A stretch of DNA of 31,552 bases from a virus. Lineage: Duplodnaviria > Caudoviricetes. The stretch lies in IMG/VR virus record IMGVR_UViG_3300017909_003591, positions 1 to 31,552 of that record; one strand, 5' to 3'. The translations under genes and the position numbers were made by a program. Shown here in pieces: positions 16,704 through 24,856 of the stretch (position 1 is its first letter; each line of letters begins with the position of its first letter). Under the pieces are notes generated by a model. It searched no databases. It saw only the letters and a program-made list of their open reading frames with translations, and was not told where the DNA came from.

Positions 16704-19028
16704 ATGAAAGAATTCCGTCCACAAGCTCCATCGGCAGAAACCGTTTTCTACCGCACCTACTCTCGCCGCAAGGAAGACGGCACCCGTGAGAACTTCCGAG
16801 AAGCGATGTTCCGCACCATTAACGACCTAGCCCGCATCGGCAAGTACGACGTAGAAGAGCATGACCTGGTGATGGAGCAGGCCATGGCTCAACACGCATT
16901 CCCTTCCGGCCGCGCCTTCTGGGTTGCTGGTACTGAGTGGGGCAAGAAGCAGGAGAACTTCTCCGGCTACTACAACTGCACCTCCACCCACATGGAGGAT
17001 ATTCAGGCCTTTGGCTTGATGATCGACCTGGCTATGCAGGGCTCTGGCACTGGCGCGGTGCTTGAGCAAGAAGTGGTAGACAAGCTGCCCCCGATCACCC
17101 GGAAACTGGTGCTTCGTAATATCACGGATGTGGGCACCGAGCCTGGTCTGGACTTCACTAAGTGCATCTGGGATGACGAGGCAATCTTCATCCGCGTGGG
17201 CGACTCTCGCAAGGGCTGGCGTGACGCCTACATGGCTCTGCTGCACCAGGCCACTTCGACCCTTCCCGACAAGAAACCATTTTGCAACGTCTATGTCAAT
17301 CTCTCGCAAGTCAGGCCAGCTGGAGAAAAGCTTAAAGGATTTGGGGGTACCGCCAACCCAGTCAAGCTCCAGGACATGTTCCGGAAGGTCATTGACATTC
17401 TCGCCGCTGCCGAAGGGCGCCGGCTCACCACCACCGAAGCCTGTCTCCTTATCGACGAGGCTGCAGCTTGTATCGTTGCTGGTAATATCCGCCGCTCTGC
17501 CGGTATGCGTCAATTTAGCCAAGACGATTCTGACGCAGCCACTGCCAAGCTCGGGCTCTACTCTCAGGATGAGAAAGGAAACTGGCGGGTTGACCCCAAG
17601 AAGGAAGCCCTCAGAATGGCTAATCACACCCGATGCTACCACCACAAGCCCTCATACGAGGAGGTCGAGGAGGCCGTGTCTCTCCAGTTTCAATCGGGCG
17701 AAGGAGCCATTCAATACGTGCCCGAATCGGTAGCACGCGCCAATGCGGACATCTTGCCCGATGCTGCCACCAAGCGCGGTTTCCTGGAGTTGTGTAACGT
17801 CAAGGGGCGCAAATCCGCCAAGCGTTACCTGGCCCTGGCATTTGAAGCTACCTACGGTAAGAAGCCTGACGAGCGCGAGCTTCAGCACCGTCTTGACCGC
17901 TATGGCCTCAACCCCTGTGGTGAGATCATTGGTCGTGACTTCCACTGCAACCTCGCTGAGGTCCACTTAAACACCATTGACCCGTCCGACTATGAAACAC
18001 AGGAGAAAGCCTTCTACGCTGCCGGCCTGCAGGTCGCTGCCCTCCTGCAGCATGAGTTCGTTCATGAGCGGTATCAGTACAGCCGATCTATTGATCCGAT
18101 TGTCGGTGTTTCTTTTACCGGTCTGTTTGATTTCCTCGTCCATGCAGGCGGTTACGGCTGGCTGGAATGGATGATGGGCGGACGGCAGGACAACAGTGAG
18201 TTCGGCCACACTGAAGCCTTTGCCATGTACACCAAGCTGGAGGAGCACTACCTCAAGCGTTGGCGCAAGGCTGCTCACGAGGGCGTCAAGGCCTACTGCG
18301 AGAAGCATGGGATCCGCTGCCCCAACCGCATCACCACGGTGCAACCTGCGGGCACCAAGAGCCTGCTGACGGGCGCATCCTCTGGTTGGCACCCCCCGAA
18401 GGCTCAGCGCTTTATTCGTCGTATCACACTTGGAGTCAATGATCCTCTGGTACCTGCCCTTCTCGAATACGGATTCAACGTCATTCCGGCTCAGTCAGCC
18501 CGTGACGATGACGGAAATCTCCTCGATGACATTACGGATCCCCGCGTCCAAGAAGTCCTGGTTGAAATTCCTACGGAAGTGAGCTGGGCCAACATCGAGG
18601 GCTGTGACAAGTTCGACCTGGCCAAGCTGCCTGTCGAAGCACAGTACGGCCTCTACATGGCAGTGCAGACGCACTACACCGATCACAACACTTCTGCAAC
18701 CATCGAGCTGCGGGAGAACGAGATCAAGCCTCTGGCCAAGCTGATCCACAACAACATCCAAAACAACGGCGGCTATATCTCTGCTGCCCTATTGGCTCGG
18801 TTCGACGCCAACGAGACATTCCCTCGCCTGCCGTTCGAGCCGATTACCAAGGAGAAGTACGACGAGCTGATCGCCATCCAGGAGATCTCCCGTGATGAGG
18901 ACGCCGACTTCCTGGCCATCCTTAACAAGTTCGACTCCTCGGAGTGGAGCATCGAGTCTGTGGCCGGTTGCACGTCGGCCGCTTGTATTGCCAAGGCTGA
19001 GAAAGATGAGCTGGAGGGTAAAAATTGA
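16704..19028 (+). CDS. nrdJ: Class II (B12-dependent, monomeric-type) ribonucleotide reductase
   Basis: RTYSR, YNC, GNIRRSA, NPCGE, CNLAEV, TVQPAGT, C-terminal GCTSAAC; no beta subunit nearby. Confidence 0.92.
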   Translation: MKEFRPQAPSAETVFYRTYSRRKEDGTRENFREAMFRTINDLARIGKYDVEEHDLVMEQAMAQHAFPSGRAFWVAGTEWGKKQENFSGYYNCTSTHMEDIQAFGLMIDLAMQGSGTGAVLEQEVVDKLPPITRKLVLRNITDVGTEPGLDFTKCIWDDEAIFIRVGDSRKGWRDAYMALLHQATSTLPDKKPFCNVYVNLSQVRPAGEKLKGFGGTANPVKLQDMFRKVIDILAAAEGRRLTTTEACLLIDEAAACIVAGNIRRSAGMRQFSQDDSDAATAKLGLYSQDEKGNWRVDPKKEALRMANHTRCYHHKPSYEEVEEAVSLQFQSGEGAIQYVPESVARANADILPDAATKRGFLELCNVKGRKSAKRYLALAFEATYGKKPDERELQHRLDRYGLNPCGEIIGRDFHCNLAEVHLNTIDPSDYETQEKAFYAAGLQVAALLQHEFVHERYQYSRSIDPIVGVSFTGLFDFLVHAGGYGWLEWMMGGRQDNSEFGHTEAFAMYTKLEEHYLKRWRKAAHEGVKAYCEKHGIRCPNRITTVQPAGTKSLLTGASSGWHPPKAQRFIRRITLGVNDPLVPALLEYGFNVIPAQSARDDDGNLLDDITDPRVQEVLVEIPTEVSWANIEGCDKFDLAKLPVEAQYGLYMAVQTHYTDHNTSATIELRENEIKPLAKLIHNNIQNNGGYISAALLARFDANETFPRLPFEPITKEKYDELIAIQEISRDEDADFLAILNKFDSSEWSIESVAGCTSAACIAKAEKDELEGKN

Positions 19029-19516
19029 TGGCTACTATTGTTGATCACCAGATCCGCCAACTCTGCAGGGACATGGGGCTCGTCGAGCCCTTCGACCCTG
19101 AGTTCATCAACCCAGCCAGCATTGACGTGCGACTGGGACCCACCCTCATCCAAGAGGACGGCACCGAGATCGACATCGAGAACGGCGTCTACGTGATGGA
19201 GCCAGGTGAATTCCTCCTGGCCCACACCATCGAGTACGTCCGGGTTCCACCCAATCTGGAGTGTGTGTTCAACCTGAAGTCCTCCCGAGGGCGCGAAGGG
19301 TACGAGCACCTCATGGCCGCGTACATCGATCCCGGCTTCCACGGCCAGGTAACACTAGAGCTGGTAAATGTCAACCGCAAGAAGCGCCTTCCCCTGGAGC
19401 ACGGCATGCGGATTGGTCAGCTACGCTTCTCCAAGCTGGACGCAATTCCCATGAGGACTTACGCAGTTACCGGCCGCTATCAGGGCGACCTTGGGGCCCA
19501 GCGTTCCAAGGGCTGA
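19028..19516 (+). CDS. dcd: dCTP deaminase
   Basis: NPASIDVRLG, PGEFLLAHT.E, KSSRGREG, IDPGFHGQVTLEL, Y...GRYQG. Confidence 0.92.
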   Translation: MATIVDHQIRQLCRDMGLVEPFDPEFINPASIDVRLGPTLIQEDGTEIDIENGVYVMEPGEFLLAHTIEYVRVPPNLECVFNLKSSRGREGYEHLMAAYIDPGFHGQVTLELVNVNRKKRLPLEHGMRIGQLRFSKLDAIPMRTYAVTGRYQGDLGAQRSKG

Positions 19517-19547
19517 TATACTGAAGGGTGAGTGAGTTGGATGGACC

Positions 19548-19568
19548 GGGCCCTTCGGGGCCCTTTTT
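19548..19568 (+). terminator. Intrinsic terminator
   Basis: GGGCCC-TTCG-GGGCCC-TTTTT. Confidence 0.85.
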
Positions 19569-19630
19569 CATGGTCAGGCAGACTAATTAGAAGGGATGCG
19601 TGATGCACCTGGCCAAGTACTCAGGGCGCG

Positions 19631-21250
19631 ATGCCCACCATTGCAGCGATTGCTATGCACGGAATCAATCATCCAGTGAACGACCCGTCTCTGGTGTCGT
19701 ATCACCGTCCAGAACTGGTGAGGCTTCTGCCCCAGCTGGAACAGGCCCACGACTGCTGGACTCTCCTCAACGCCGACGGACTTGGATCCGCCAAGGAGAA
19801 GTACCTGCACAGGGAACCCGCAGAGCCGTCAGGCGCCTACAAGGCTCGCCTCGACCGCTCGACCTACACCCCGATCTACCGGGACAGCATTCGTTCCTAC
19901 GCCGGCCTGCTGAGTCGTTTTCAGCTGATTGACCCGCCTAGCAGCCTTAAGTCCAACCAGCACAACGTTGACCTGCAGGGCTCCAGCATTCAGTCGTTCC
20001 TGACCCAGGTCGATGAGATGGTGCTTCGCGACGGCGGCGCCTACGTCATGGTCGACATGATGCCCGACTCCGGTAGCGACAATTTCTTCGACCAGCAGCG
20101 CGATGGTCGTCACCCCTACTTCGTGTCTGTTAAGCGTGCAGACGTGATCAACTGGCAGGTCAGCTACGAGCGTGGCCGCGAGGTAATCACCCGCGCTACC
20201 GTCCGCCAGCTGCGCTCTGTGGCCGACGAAGGCTTCGGCAGCAAGGTTGAGCCCGTCTACTTCGTCCTGACACCTGGCAAGGTTGAGACCTATCGCCTGG
20301 TCAAGGGTGAGAGCGCCAGTCGCTGGGAGAACCGGAAAATGGACGAGATGGCCACCAGCATGCCAATTATTCCTCTGGCTTGGTACGGTGCTACCACCAG
20401 TCGCTTTGCTCAGGGCGATCTGCCCATGGATGGCCTGGCTGACCTCAGTATCCAGCACTTCCAGATGCGCTCTGACTTGAACGAGCTGCTCCACAAGTGC
20501 GCAATGCCCGTCCCCGTCCGGAAGGGAGCGCCGATTGGTCCTGACGGCAAACCTGCCGCCTTGATCCTGGGCCCCAACACCGCTGTTGACCTGCCCTCCG
20601 AAGGTGGTGACTTCAACTTTGCCGAGCCCTCTGGCAAGAGCCTTGAGCGCCATCAGGAGGAGATCAAGCACGTTGAAGAGCTGATGGATCGCAGCTCCCT
20701 GAACTTCCTCTACGGAGCCAACGTCAAGACGGCCACTGAGGCATCCCTCAGAGCCTCTCAGGTGGCCTCTAGCGTGTCCGCCCTAGTCCGCAACAAGACC
20801 AGCATGTTCACCACTCTGGTGCGCTTCTGGGCGTGGTACGCGGGCGAACAGAGTCAGATCACTCAAGAGTCTGGCCTATCTATGAACGACTCCCTGATCA
20901 CCAAGCCCATGGGCGCCTCTGAGATCGCTCAACTGGTCAACCTGTTCAATAACGACCTGCTCTCGAAGCGGACTGTTCTTGAGGAACTGCAGCGTGGCGG
21001 CGTCCTCGATCCTGACCTGGTCCTGGAGAAGGAGATGGAGCGCATCGACGAGGACAAGGAGGCTGAGCACGATCTGCAGCACCAGGAAGCCGAGCAGAAG
21101 CTGGGTGAAGACCTGAAGCGTGCAAACGAGTTTCAGAAGCAAGCACCCACTCAGCCTGGCCAGGGTGGCAGCCCTGAGTCCAGGTCCGGTCAGTCCTCCG
21201 CCGACAAGGAGCAGGCCAACACCGAGAAGGCCGCAGAGCAGGCAAAATAG
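19631..21250 (+). CDS. Portal protein (DUF4055-type)
   Basis: YL.REPAE...YKARL.R, VDLQG, LADL.IQHFQ.RSD...LH, KTATE; about 540 aa with a disordered tail. Start may be 19655. Confidence 0.85.
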   Translation: MPTIAAIAMHGINHPVNDPSLVSYHRPELVRLLPQLEQAHDCWTLLNADGLGSAKEKYLHREPAEPSGAYKARLDRSTYTPIYRDSIRSYAGLLSRFQLIDPPSSLKSNQHNVDLQGSSIQSFLTQVDEMVLRDGGAYVMVDMMPDSGSDNFFDQQRDGRHPYFVSVKRADVINWQVSYERGREVITRATVRQLRSVADEGFGSKVEPVYFVLTPGKVETYRLVKGESASRWENRKMDEMATSMPIIPLAWYGATTSRFAQGDLPMDGLADLSIQHFQMRSDLNELLHKCAMPVPVRKGAPIGPDGKPAALILGPNTAVDLPSEGGDFNFAEPSGKSLERHQEEIKHVEELMDRSSLNFLYGANVKTATEASLRASQVASSVSALVRNKTSMFTTLVRFWAWYAGEQSQITQESGLSMNDSLITKPMGASEIAQLVNLFNNDLLSKRTVLEELQRGGVLDPDLVLEKEMERIDEDKEAEHDLQHQEAEQKLGEDLKRANEFQKQAPTQPGQGGSPESRSGQSSADKEQANTEKAAEQAK

Positions 21251-21278
21251 TCACTACTTAATAATTATTAAGTAATGA
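21251..21278. repeat. 28-bp AT-rich palindrome (20-bp perfect core)
   Basis: TCAC-TACTTAATAATTATTAAGTA-ATGA; one mismatched pair. Confidence 0.9.
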
Positions 21279-21285
21279 TACTCAG

Positions 21286-21348
21286 GGCCAGGGGGTTGAC
21301 CTCTGGCCTTTCTTTGTGGTTATACTGGCAGGAGACACCCAAGGAGGT
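21286..21348 (+). promoter_or_regulatory. Terminator hairpin fused to a promoter and RBS
   Basis: GGCCAGGGG-G-TTGA-CCTCTGGCC-TTTCTTT; TTGACC 21296, TATACT 21321, CCCAAGGAGG. Confidence 0.7.
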
Positions 21349-21354
21349 TCATCC

Positions 21355-21588
21355 ATGCACCACCCCTATGCGGACGAGCTGATCACAACACGCTTTACGT
21401 TCCGTCCCGAGCGAGCCGCCGAGTTCCTGGAGGAGCCTGGTCGCCTGGTTACTCAGGTCGAGTTCGAGAGCATCGAAGCAATTATGGAGGCCGTGACGCA
21501 GTTCGGCGATGCCATCACGGACGTCAATGCCATCATCAATGGTAAGGTAGTCAACCTGACCGACCACCCCGCGGAGGACGCAGAATGA
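21355..21588 (+). CDS. Hypothetical acidic protein
   Basis: AAGGAGG RBS; ATG 21355. Confidence 0.75.
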   Translation: MHHPYADELITTRFTFRPERAAEFLEEPGRLVTQVEFESIEAIMEAVTQFGDAITDVNAIINGKVVNLTDHPAEDAE

Positions 21589-21755
21589 GCAAGGGGATCT
21601 ACTACAGCATCGAATGCCGGGGGCACGATCCTAGCCAGATAACCTCTCTAATGAAATTCGCCGAGAACATCCTTGGCGTGGAGGTGATCGAGGCCACGGC
21701 AGTTGTCAACAGCAAAGTCGTCAAGCTCACTGACTACAAGGAGGAAGCAGAATGA
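21585..21755 (+). CDS. Hypothetical protein (C-terminus similar to the previous gene)
   Basis: Hand-translated MSKGIYYSIE...VVNSKVVKLTDYKEEAE; ATGA overlap; GGAGG RBS. Confidence 0.7.
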   Translation: MSKGIYYSIECRGHDPSQITSLMKFAENILGVEVIEATAVVNSKVVKLTDYKEEAE

Positions 21756-21889
21756 TCGCCACCACACAGTTCGAGTACTACACGCACCTGCTCAAGCTGG
21801 TCGGCTGCATCACAGGCTTCACCCTGGGCACCGCCCTCTTCTTCGGCACGGCCTACCTGATCTTCTTCTACGCACGCTACTGGAGATGA
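21752..21889 (+). CDS. Small membrane protein
   Basis: MIATTQFEYYTHLLKLVGCITGFTLGTALFFGTAYLIFFYARYWR; ATGA overlaps at both ends. Confidence 0.6.
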   Translation: MIATTQFEYYTHLLKLVGCITGFTLGTALFFGTAYLIFFYARYWR

Positions 21890-22203
21890 TTCATGAGCAT
21901 GGTAAAAAGATCCGGTCACCCGGCGGATCATTTGCGTACGAGGTCATCGGACCTGTCTGTCGCTTGTTCGACAGAGACGAGCTTCCATGGCCCAGCTGTT
22001 CCCTCCAATGGCGCGGCAAGCAGCCATCCTGGCGACGTATCGGTCGTCGGTTTGTTGCTGATTTATCTGTTCGCAGGTGCGCTTCTTATTCCGTTCGAGC
22101 GGTTGATTCCGCCGGAACGCGATGGGAAGAAGTTATCACCGTCTTCCACGAGCGGCTCACTCCCGAGGAGAAAGTCTGGTGGTACGGAAAGGGGGCAGTA
22201 TGA
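21886..22203 (+). CDS. Conserved cyanobacterial-type hypothetical protein
   Basis: GPVCRLFDRDELPWPSCSLQWRGKQPSW motif recalled from cyanobacterial proteins (not searched). Confidence 0.65.
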   Translation: MIHEHGKKIRSPGGSFAYEVIGPVCRLFDRDELPWPSCSLQWRGKQPSWRRIGRRFVADLSVRRCASYSVRAVDSAGTRWEEVITVFHERLTPEEKVWWYGKGAV

Positions 22204-22337
22204 CGAAAAGTAAAAAGCCTGTACAGGGGATCGACTGGGCTGCTATCTTCAAGAGAAGGCCAGACCTGGTGCCACCTGGCTACCACGAGACCATCGCCAA
22301 ACTTTATCCACCAAAGGAGCAAACCGATGACGCCTGA
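22200..22337 (+). CDS. Hypothetical protein
   Basis: IDWAAIFKRRPDLVPPGYHET; ATGA overlap. Confidence 0.6.
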   Translation: MTKSKKPVQGIDWAAIFKRRPDLVPPGYHETIAKLYPPKEQTDDA

Positions 22338-22566
22338 ATCTCAAAAGAGTATGACCAACGCCGCCCACGTACTGGCGGAACACATCCTGCGCATGCCTGC
22401 CTACACCAACCGGTGTAAGTGGCTCAAGCAGCAAATCGCCGACCGTATTGTTAACAATCGTTTCATTGACGACCTGGCTCGGCTCTATGATGTAGAGTAT
22501 CCCTATGCAGATGCTCCAACTGAGTACCTTGCCAACATCTTAAAGTCCTACGACGAGGAGGTTTAA
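22327..22566 (+). CDS. Hypothetical protein
   Basis: AAGGAG RBS. Confidence 0.65.
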   Translation: MTPESQKSMTNAAHVLAEHILRMPAYTNRCKWLKQQIADRIVNNRFIDDLARLYDVEYPYADAPTEYLANILKSYDEEV

Positions 22567-22570
22567 TTCA

Positions 22571-23041
22571 ATGCCACGTTCTAACCGACAACTCACACAA
22601 CTCGCTGTCGACCAGCTGCGTATCGCCCTTACCTACGGACCGGACCAGCTCCTCCCTAAGGAGTTTGGTAACACCTCGGTGCAAGTGATTACGTGCACCT
22701 GTGACTGCAAGCGTGCGCCGCACATCGAGTTCCGCCTGTTCGGCAAGCCGATCTGCGAGATCTATACCAGCCCGATGAACCACCGACTCATCGTCGGCAC
22801 CATTGTCAAGACTGGCGACTTCTACGACAGCAAGGGCCGCCCTTCTCGCACCACCCGCGAGCGCCTCAATGGCCTCCTGGATGCCCTGGGCACCGCTGGC
22901 TTCCTCCCCGAGGGTGTCCGCGTCTTCCTCCGCGAAGATGGTGGCTGCTACGTCGGCAGAGGCGATGCCTGCAAGTCCTTCGACGCTGGCAACTCCGCTG
23001 TCGCCCTCCTAACTCATCCAAGCGACTTGGTTTTCACCTGA
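22571..23041 (+). CDS. Hypothetical protein
   Basis: GGAGG RBS; SRTTRERLNGLL motif. Confidence 0.75.
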   Translation: MPRSNRQLTQLAVDQLRIALTYGPDQLLPKEFGNTSVQVITCTCDCKRAPHIEFRLFGKPICEIYTSPMNHRLIVGTIVKTGDFYDSKGRPSRTTRERLNGLLDALGTAGFLPEGVRVFLREDGGCYVGRGDACKSFDAGNSAVALLTHPSDLVFT

Positions 23042-23289
23042 TGAAACGCGGATACGCAATGATCGACCACGATGATGAGGCCCTTGAAGACCTCCTCGTA
23101 GTCAAGGCGCCCACCCCCCACGACATGGTGGTCCTGGGTGCTATAGCTTCCAGGTATCCCTACCCTCATCCCCTGGCCGTCTTGGCTCAGGACATCGCCG
23201 AGGGTTGGGGTTTGACCACCCAACAGCTGCAAACCAAGTGCCGACAGATCTGGGCTAGCGGCTACCGCCCCAGCAATCCTAGGCACTAA
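23041..23289 (+). CDS. Hypothetical protein
   Basis: Coupled ORF ending before the terminator. Confidence 0.65.
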   Translation: MKRGYAMIDHDDEALEDLLVVKAPTPHDMVVLGAIASRYPYPHPLAVLAQDIAEGWGLTTQQLQTKCRQIWASGYRPSNPRH

Positions 23290-23299
23290 TACTCAACTT

Positions 23300-23320
23300 A
23301 GGGGCTTCGGCCCCTTTTTT
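23300..23320 (+). terminator. Intrinsic terminator
   Basis: AGGGGC-TTCG-GCCCCT-TTTTT. Confidence 0.88.
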
Positions 23321-23342
23321 GGTATCTCTGCTATACAGCTCG

Positions 23343-23373
23343 GTATCAACCGCTACTGAATACATGGTAGAAT
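23343..23373 (+). promoter_or_regulatory. NtcA box plus extended -10 promoter
   Basis: GTA-TCAACCGC-TAC (GTA-N8-TAC) at 23343-23356, 11 nt upstream of TGG-TAGAAT (-10 at 23368-23373). Confidence 0.75.
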
Positions 23374-23380
23374 ATAAGTA

Positions 23381-23437
23381 AGCGTTGGACCCGGAAGGGT
23401 TGCAGATCGATTCCAGCCAAGCAACGGGGACTGGAAC
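23381..23437 (+). ncRNA. Glutamine-II riboswitch (Downstream-peptide RNA motif)
   Basis: P1 CGTTG 23383/CAACG 23422; P2 GACCC-GGAA-GGGTT; pseudoknot TTCCAG 23411/CTGGAA 23431; AACGGGGAC junction; lies directly before the RBS of a YRG peptide. Confidence 0.88.
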
Positions 23438-23454
23438 ACTGTGGAGGTAATCCC

Positions 23455-23622
23455 ATGACCGCACTTGACATCATCAAGAGAAAAGAGCTGAAGCGCCGTG
23501 CCCTGCTCGGAGCCCAGTACAGCAACGCCAAGGCCTACCGCGGCGTGCCATACGCCCACGTCACCAACGGCAAGGCCGTCCACTCCTCCCTGACCTACAG
23601 GGGCGTCTCATACACCAAGTGA
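23455..23622 (+). CDS. DUF4278-like peptide with two YRG motifs
   Basis: Hand-translated MTALDIIKRKELKRRALLGAQYSNAKAYRGVPYAHVTNGKAVHSSLTYRGVSYTK; GGAGG RBS; not in the ORF track. Confidence 0.88.
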   Translation: MTALDIIKRKELKRRALLGAQYSNAKAYRGVPYAHVTNGKAVHSSLTYRGVSYTK

Positions 23623-23651
23623 TCCTTTCACGTCACCAAGCACCTAAGTGC

Positions 23652-23672
23652 AGGGCCTTCGGGCCCTTTTTT
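23652..23672 (+). terminator. Intrinsic terminator
   Basis: AGGGCC-TTCG-GGCCCT-TTTTT. Confidence 0.88.
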
Positions 23673-23780
23673 ATTGTCTGGCGAAAGCTATACGAAAGCT
23701 GAGTCTTGTGTCTGCTCCCCAACACAATCCTTGATCCCCACGGGTTTGGATGGCAGTATGGGTGCAGATGCTCATGCCTC

Positions 23781-23870
23781 ATGAAAATTCTCCCCTGGAT
23801 CCTGCTGCCTCTTCTCTACGCTGGCATTGTCGCCAACAGCGCTATCTTCTACGCTGGTACCTGGGCATGA
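23781..23870 (+). CDS. Tiny hydrophobic peptide (29 aa)
   Basis: MKILPWILLPLLYAGIVANSAIFYAGTWA; ATGA-coupled to a 25-aa hydrophobic ORF at 23867-23944. Confidence 0.45.
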   Translation: MKILPWILLPLLYAGIVANSAIFYAGTWA

Positions 23871-23948
23871 CACATCCATTGTTGACCGGGTTCGTGGCCA
23901 TGTACGGTGTTTCCCTGATTGTCACACTCCTCAAAAGTAAATAACTGT

Positions 23949-24006
23949 AAAGCGGGTTGACAGCCCGCTTTCTTTTTGCCATGATGTACACATCCACCCA
24001 AGGAGG
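23949..24006 (+). promoter_or_regulatory. Terminator hairpin fused to a promoter and RBS
   Basis: AAAGCGGG-TTGACA-GCCCGCTTT-CTTTTT; TTGACA 23957, 17 bp, TGC-CATGAT 23980, CCCAAGGAGG. Confidence 0.75.
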
Positions 24007-24011
24007 CAACT

Positions 24012-24170
24012 ATGACCGCCAACGAATTCTACTCTGACTTCCGCAACGATCCGATTTACGTCGAGCTGTTCGAGATGGCTCTGACTCTGGAGCTGGTCGA
24101 GGACGGAGACGAGATCAAACTAGAAGATCTTAAAGAACTGTTGCAGGACTTTGACGCTGGCCTCGACTGA
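24012..24170 (+). CDS. Very acidic 52-aa protein
   Basis: Hand-translated MTANEFYSDF...QDFDAGLD; 16 D/E vs 3 K/R; strong RBS. Confidence 0.7.
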   Translation: MTANEFYSDFRNDPIYVELFEMALTLELVEDGDEIKLEDLKELLQDFDAGLD

Positions 24171-24204
24171 GCTACACTGTAAACATCAACCAAAGGAGTT
24201 TCCC

Positions 24205-24459
24205 ATGACCCCCATCACTCTTGCTCTTGAGCTTCACCACAACAACCGCGTCATCAGCGGTCTGTATGAACGCGAGGCTCACTTCACTATTGACTATGGC
24301 TTCGCCGTTCGTCCTGGAGCCTTTCCCGGCAAGGACATCATAGACGTAACCTTGACCGACCTGGACCTCGGCCGCTTCGATACTGAGGGCGACGCCTATA
24401 TCTGCGACTTCCTCAACATCCTGCCCGGAGACTTGATCGGCTGGGAGGTGGTTGACTGA
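24205..24459 (+). CDS. Hypothetical acidic protein (leader cassette)
   Basis: TTGACG-16-TACACT then ACATCAACCAAAGGAG leader. Confidence 0.75.
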   Translation: MTPITLALELHHNNRVISGLYEREAHFTIDYGFAVRPGAFPGKDIIDVTLTDLDLGRFDTEGDAYICDFLNILPGDLIGWEVVD

Positions 24460-24680
24460 TGAAGTTTAGCACTGTTGCTCGGATGCTGGCCTCCGCTTTA
24501 TCTGTGGTCAGCTACGTTCTTCTCACCCACGGCCGTCCCGTCGAGGGGTGTTCAGTAAACCTGGCAGTCCAGTTGCTCTTGGTCCCGTTTGCCTGGCAGA
24601 CAGGATCGTATGACATGATCACTCTAAGCGGGGTGTTCGGTGTCATAAATACACAAGCCCTTTTTACCCATTTATCATGA
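24459..24680 (+). CDS. Small multi-pass membrane protein
   Basis: Three hydrophobic segments; coupled start; resembles 27822-28052. Confidence 0.65.
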   Translation: MKFSTVARMLASALSVVSYVLLTHGRPVEGCSVNLAVQLLLVPFAWQTGSYDMITLSGVFGVINTQALFTHLS

Positions 24681-24856
24681 GCGAAGCCTGGACTACAGCG
24701 CTTGGCCGTGAACTCCAGCAGCTCACCGCCGAAGGCGCAGACTATGCTACAATCTGTTCACTTGAAGCAAGACTGCAAATAGCATTCAACTGCGTCAAGC
24801 ACGTCCGCAAATGTTACCACAAGGAGGCCGTCAGTGACCATCTACCACAAGATTAA
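24677..24856 (+). CDS. Hypothetical protein
   Basis: Hand-translated MSEAWTTALG...; ATGA overlap. Confidence 0.5.
   Translation: MSEAWTTALGRELQQLTAEGADYATICSLEARLQIAFNCVKHVRKCYHKEAVSDHLPQD

Noticed and set aside
9404-19028. Inteins or introns in terL, dnaG or nrdJ
   Set aside because: Lengths are normal, frames are continuous, and no splice-junction or homing-endonuclease motifs were seen.
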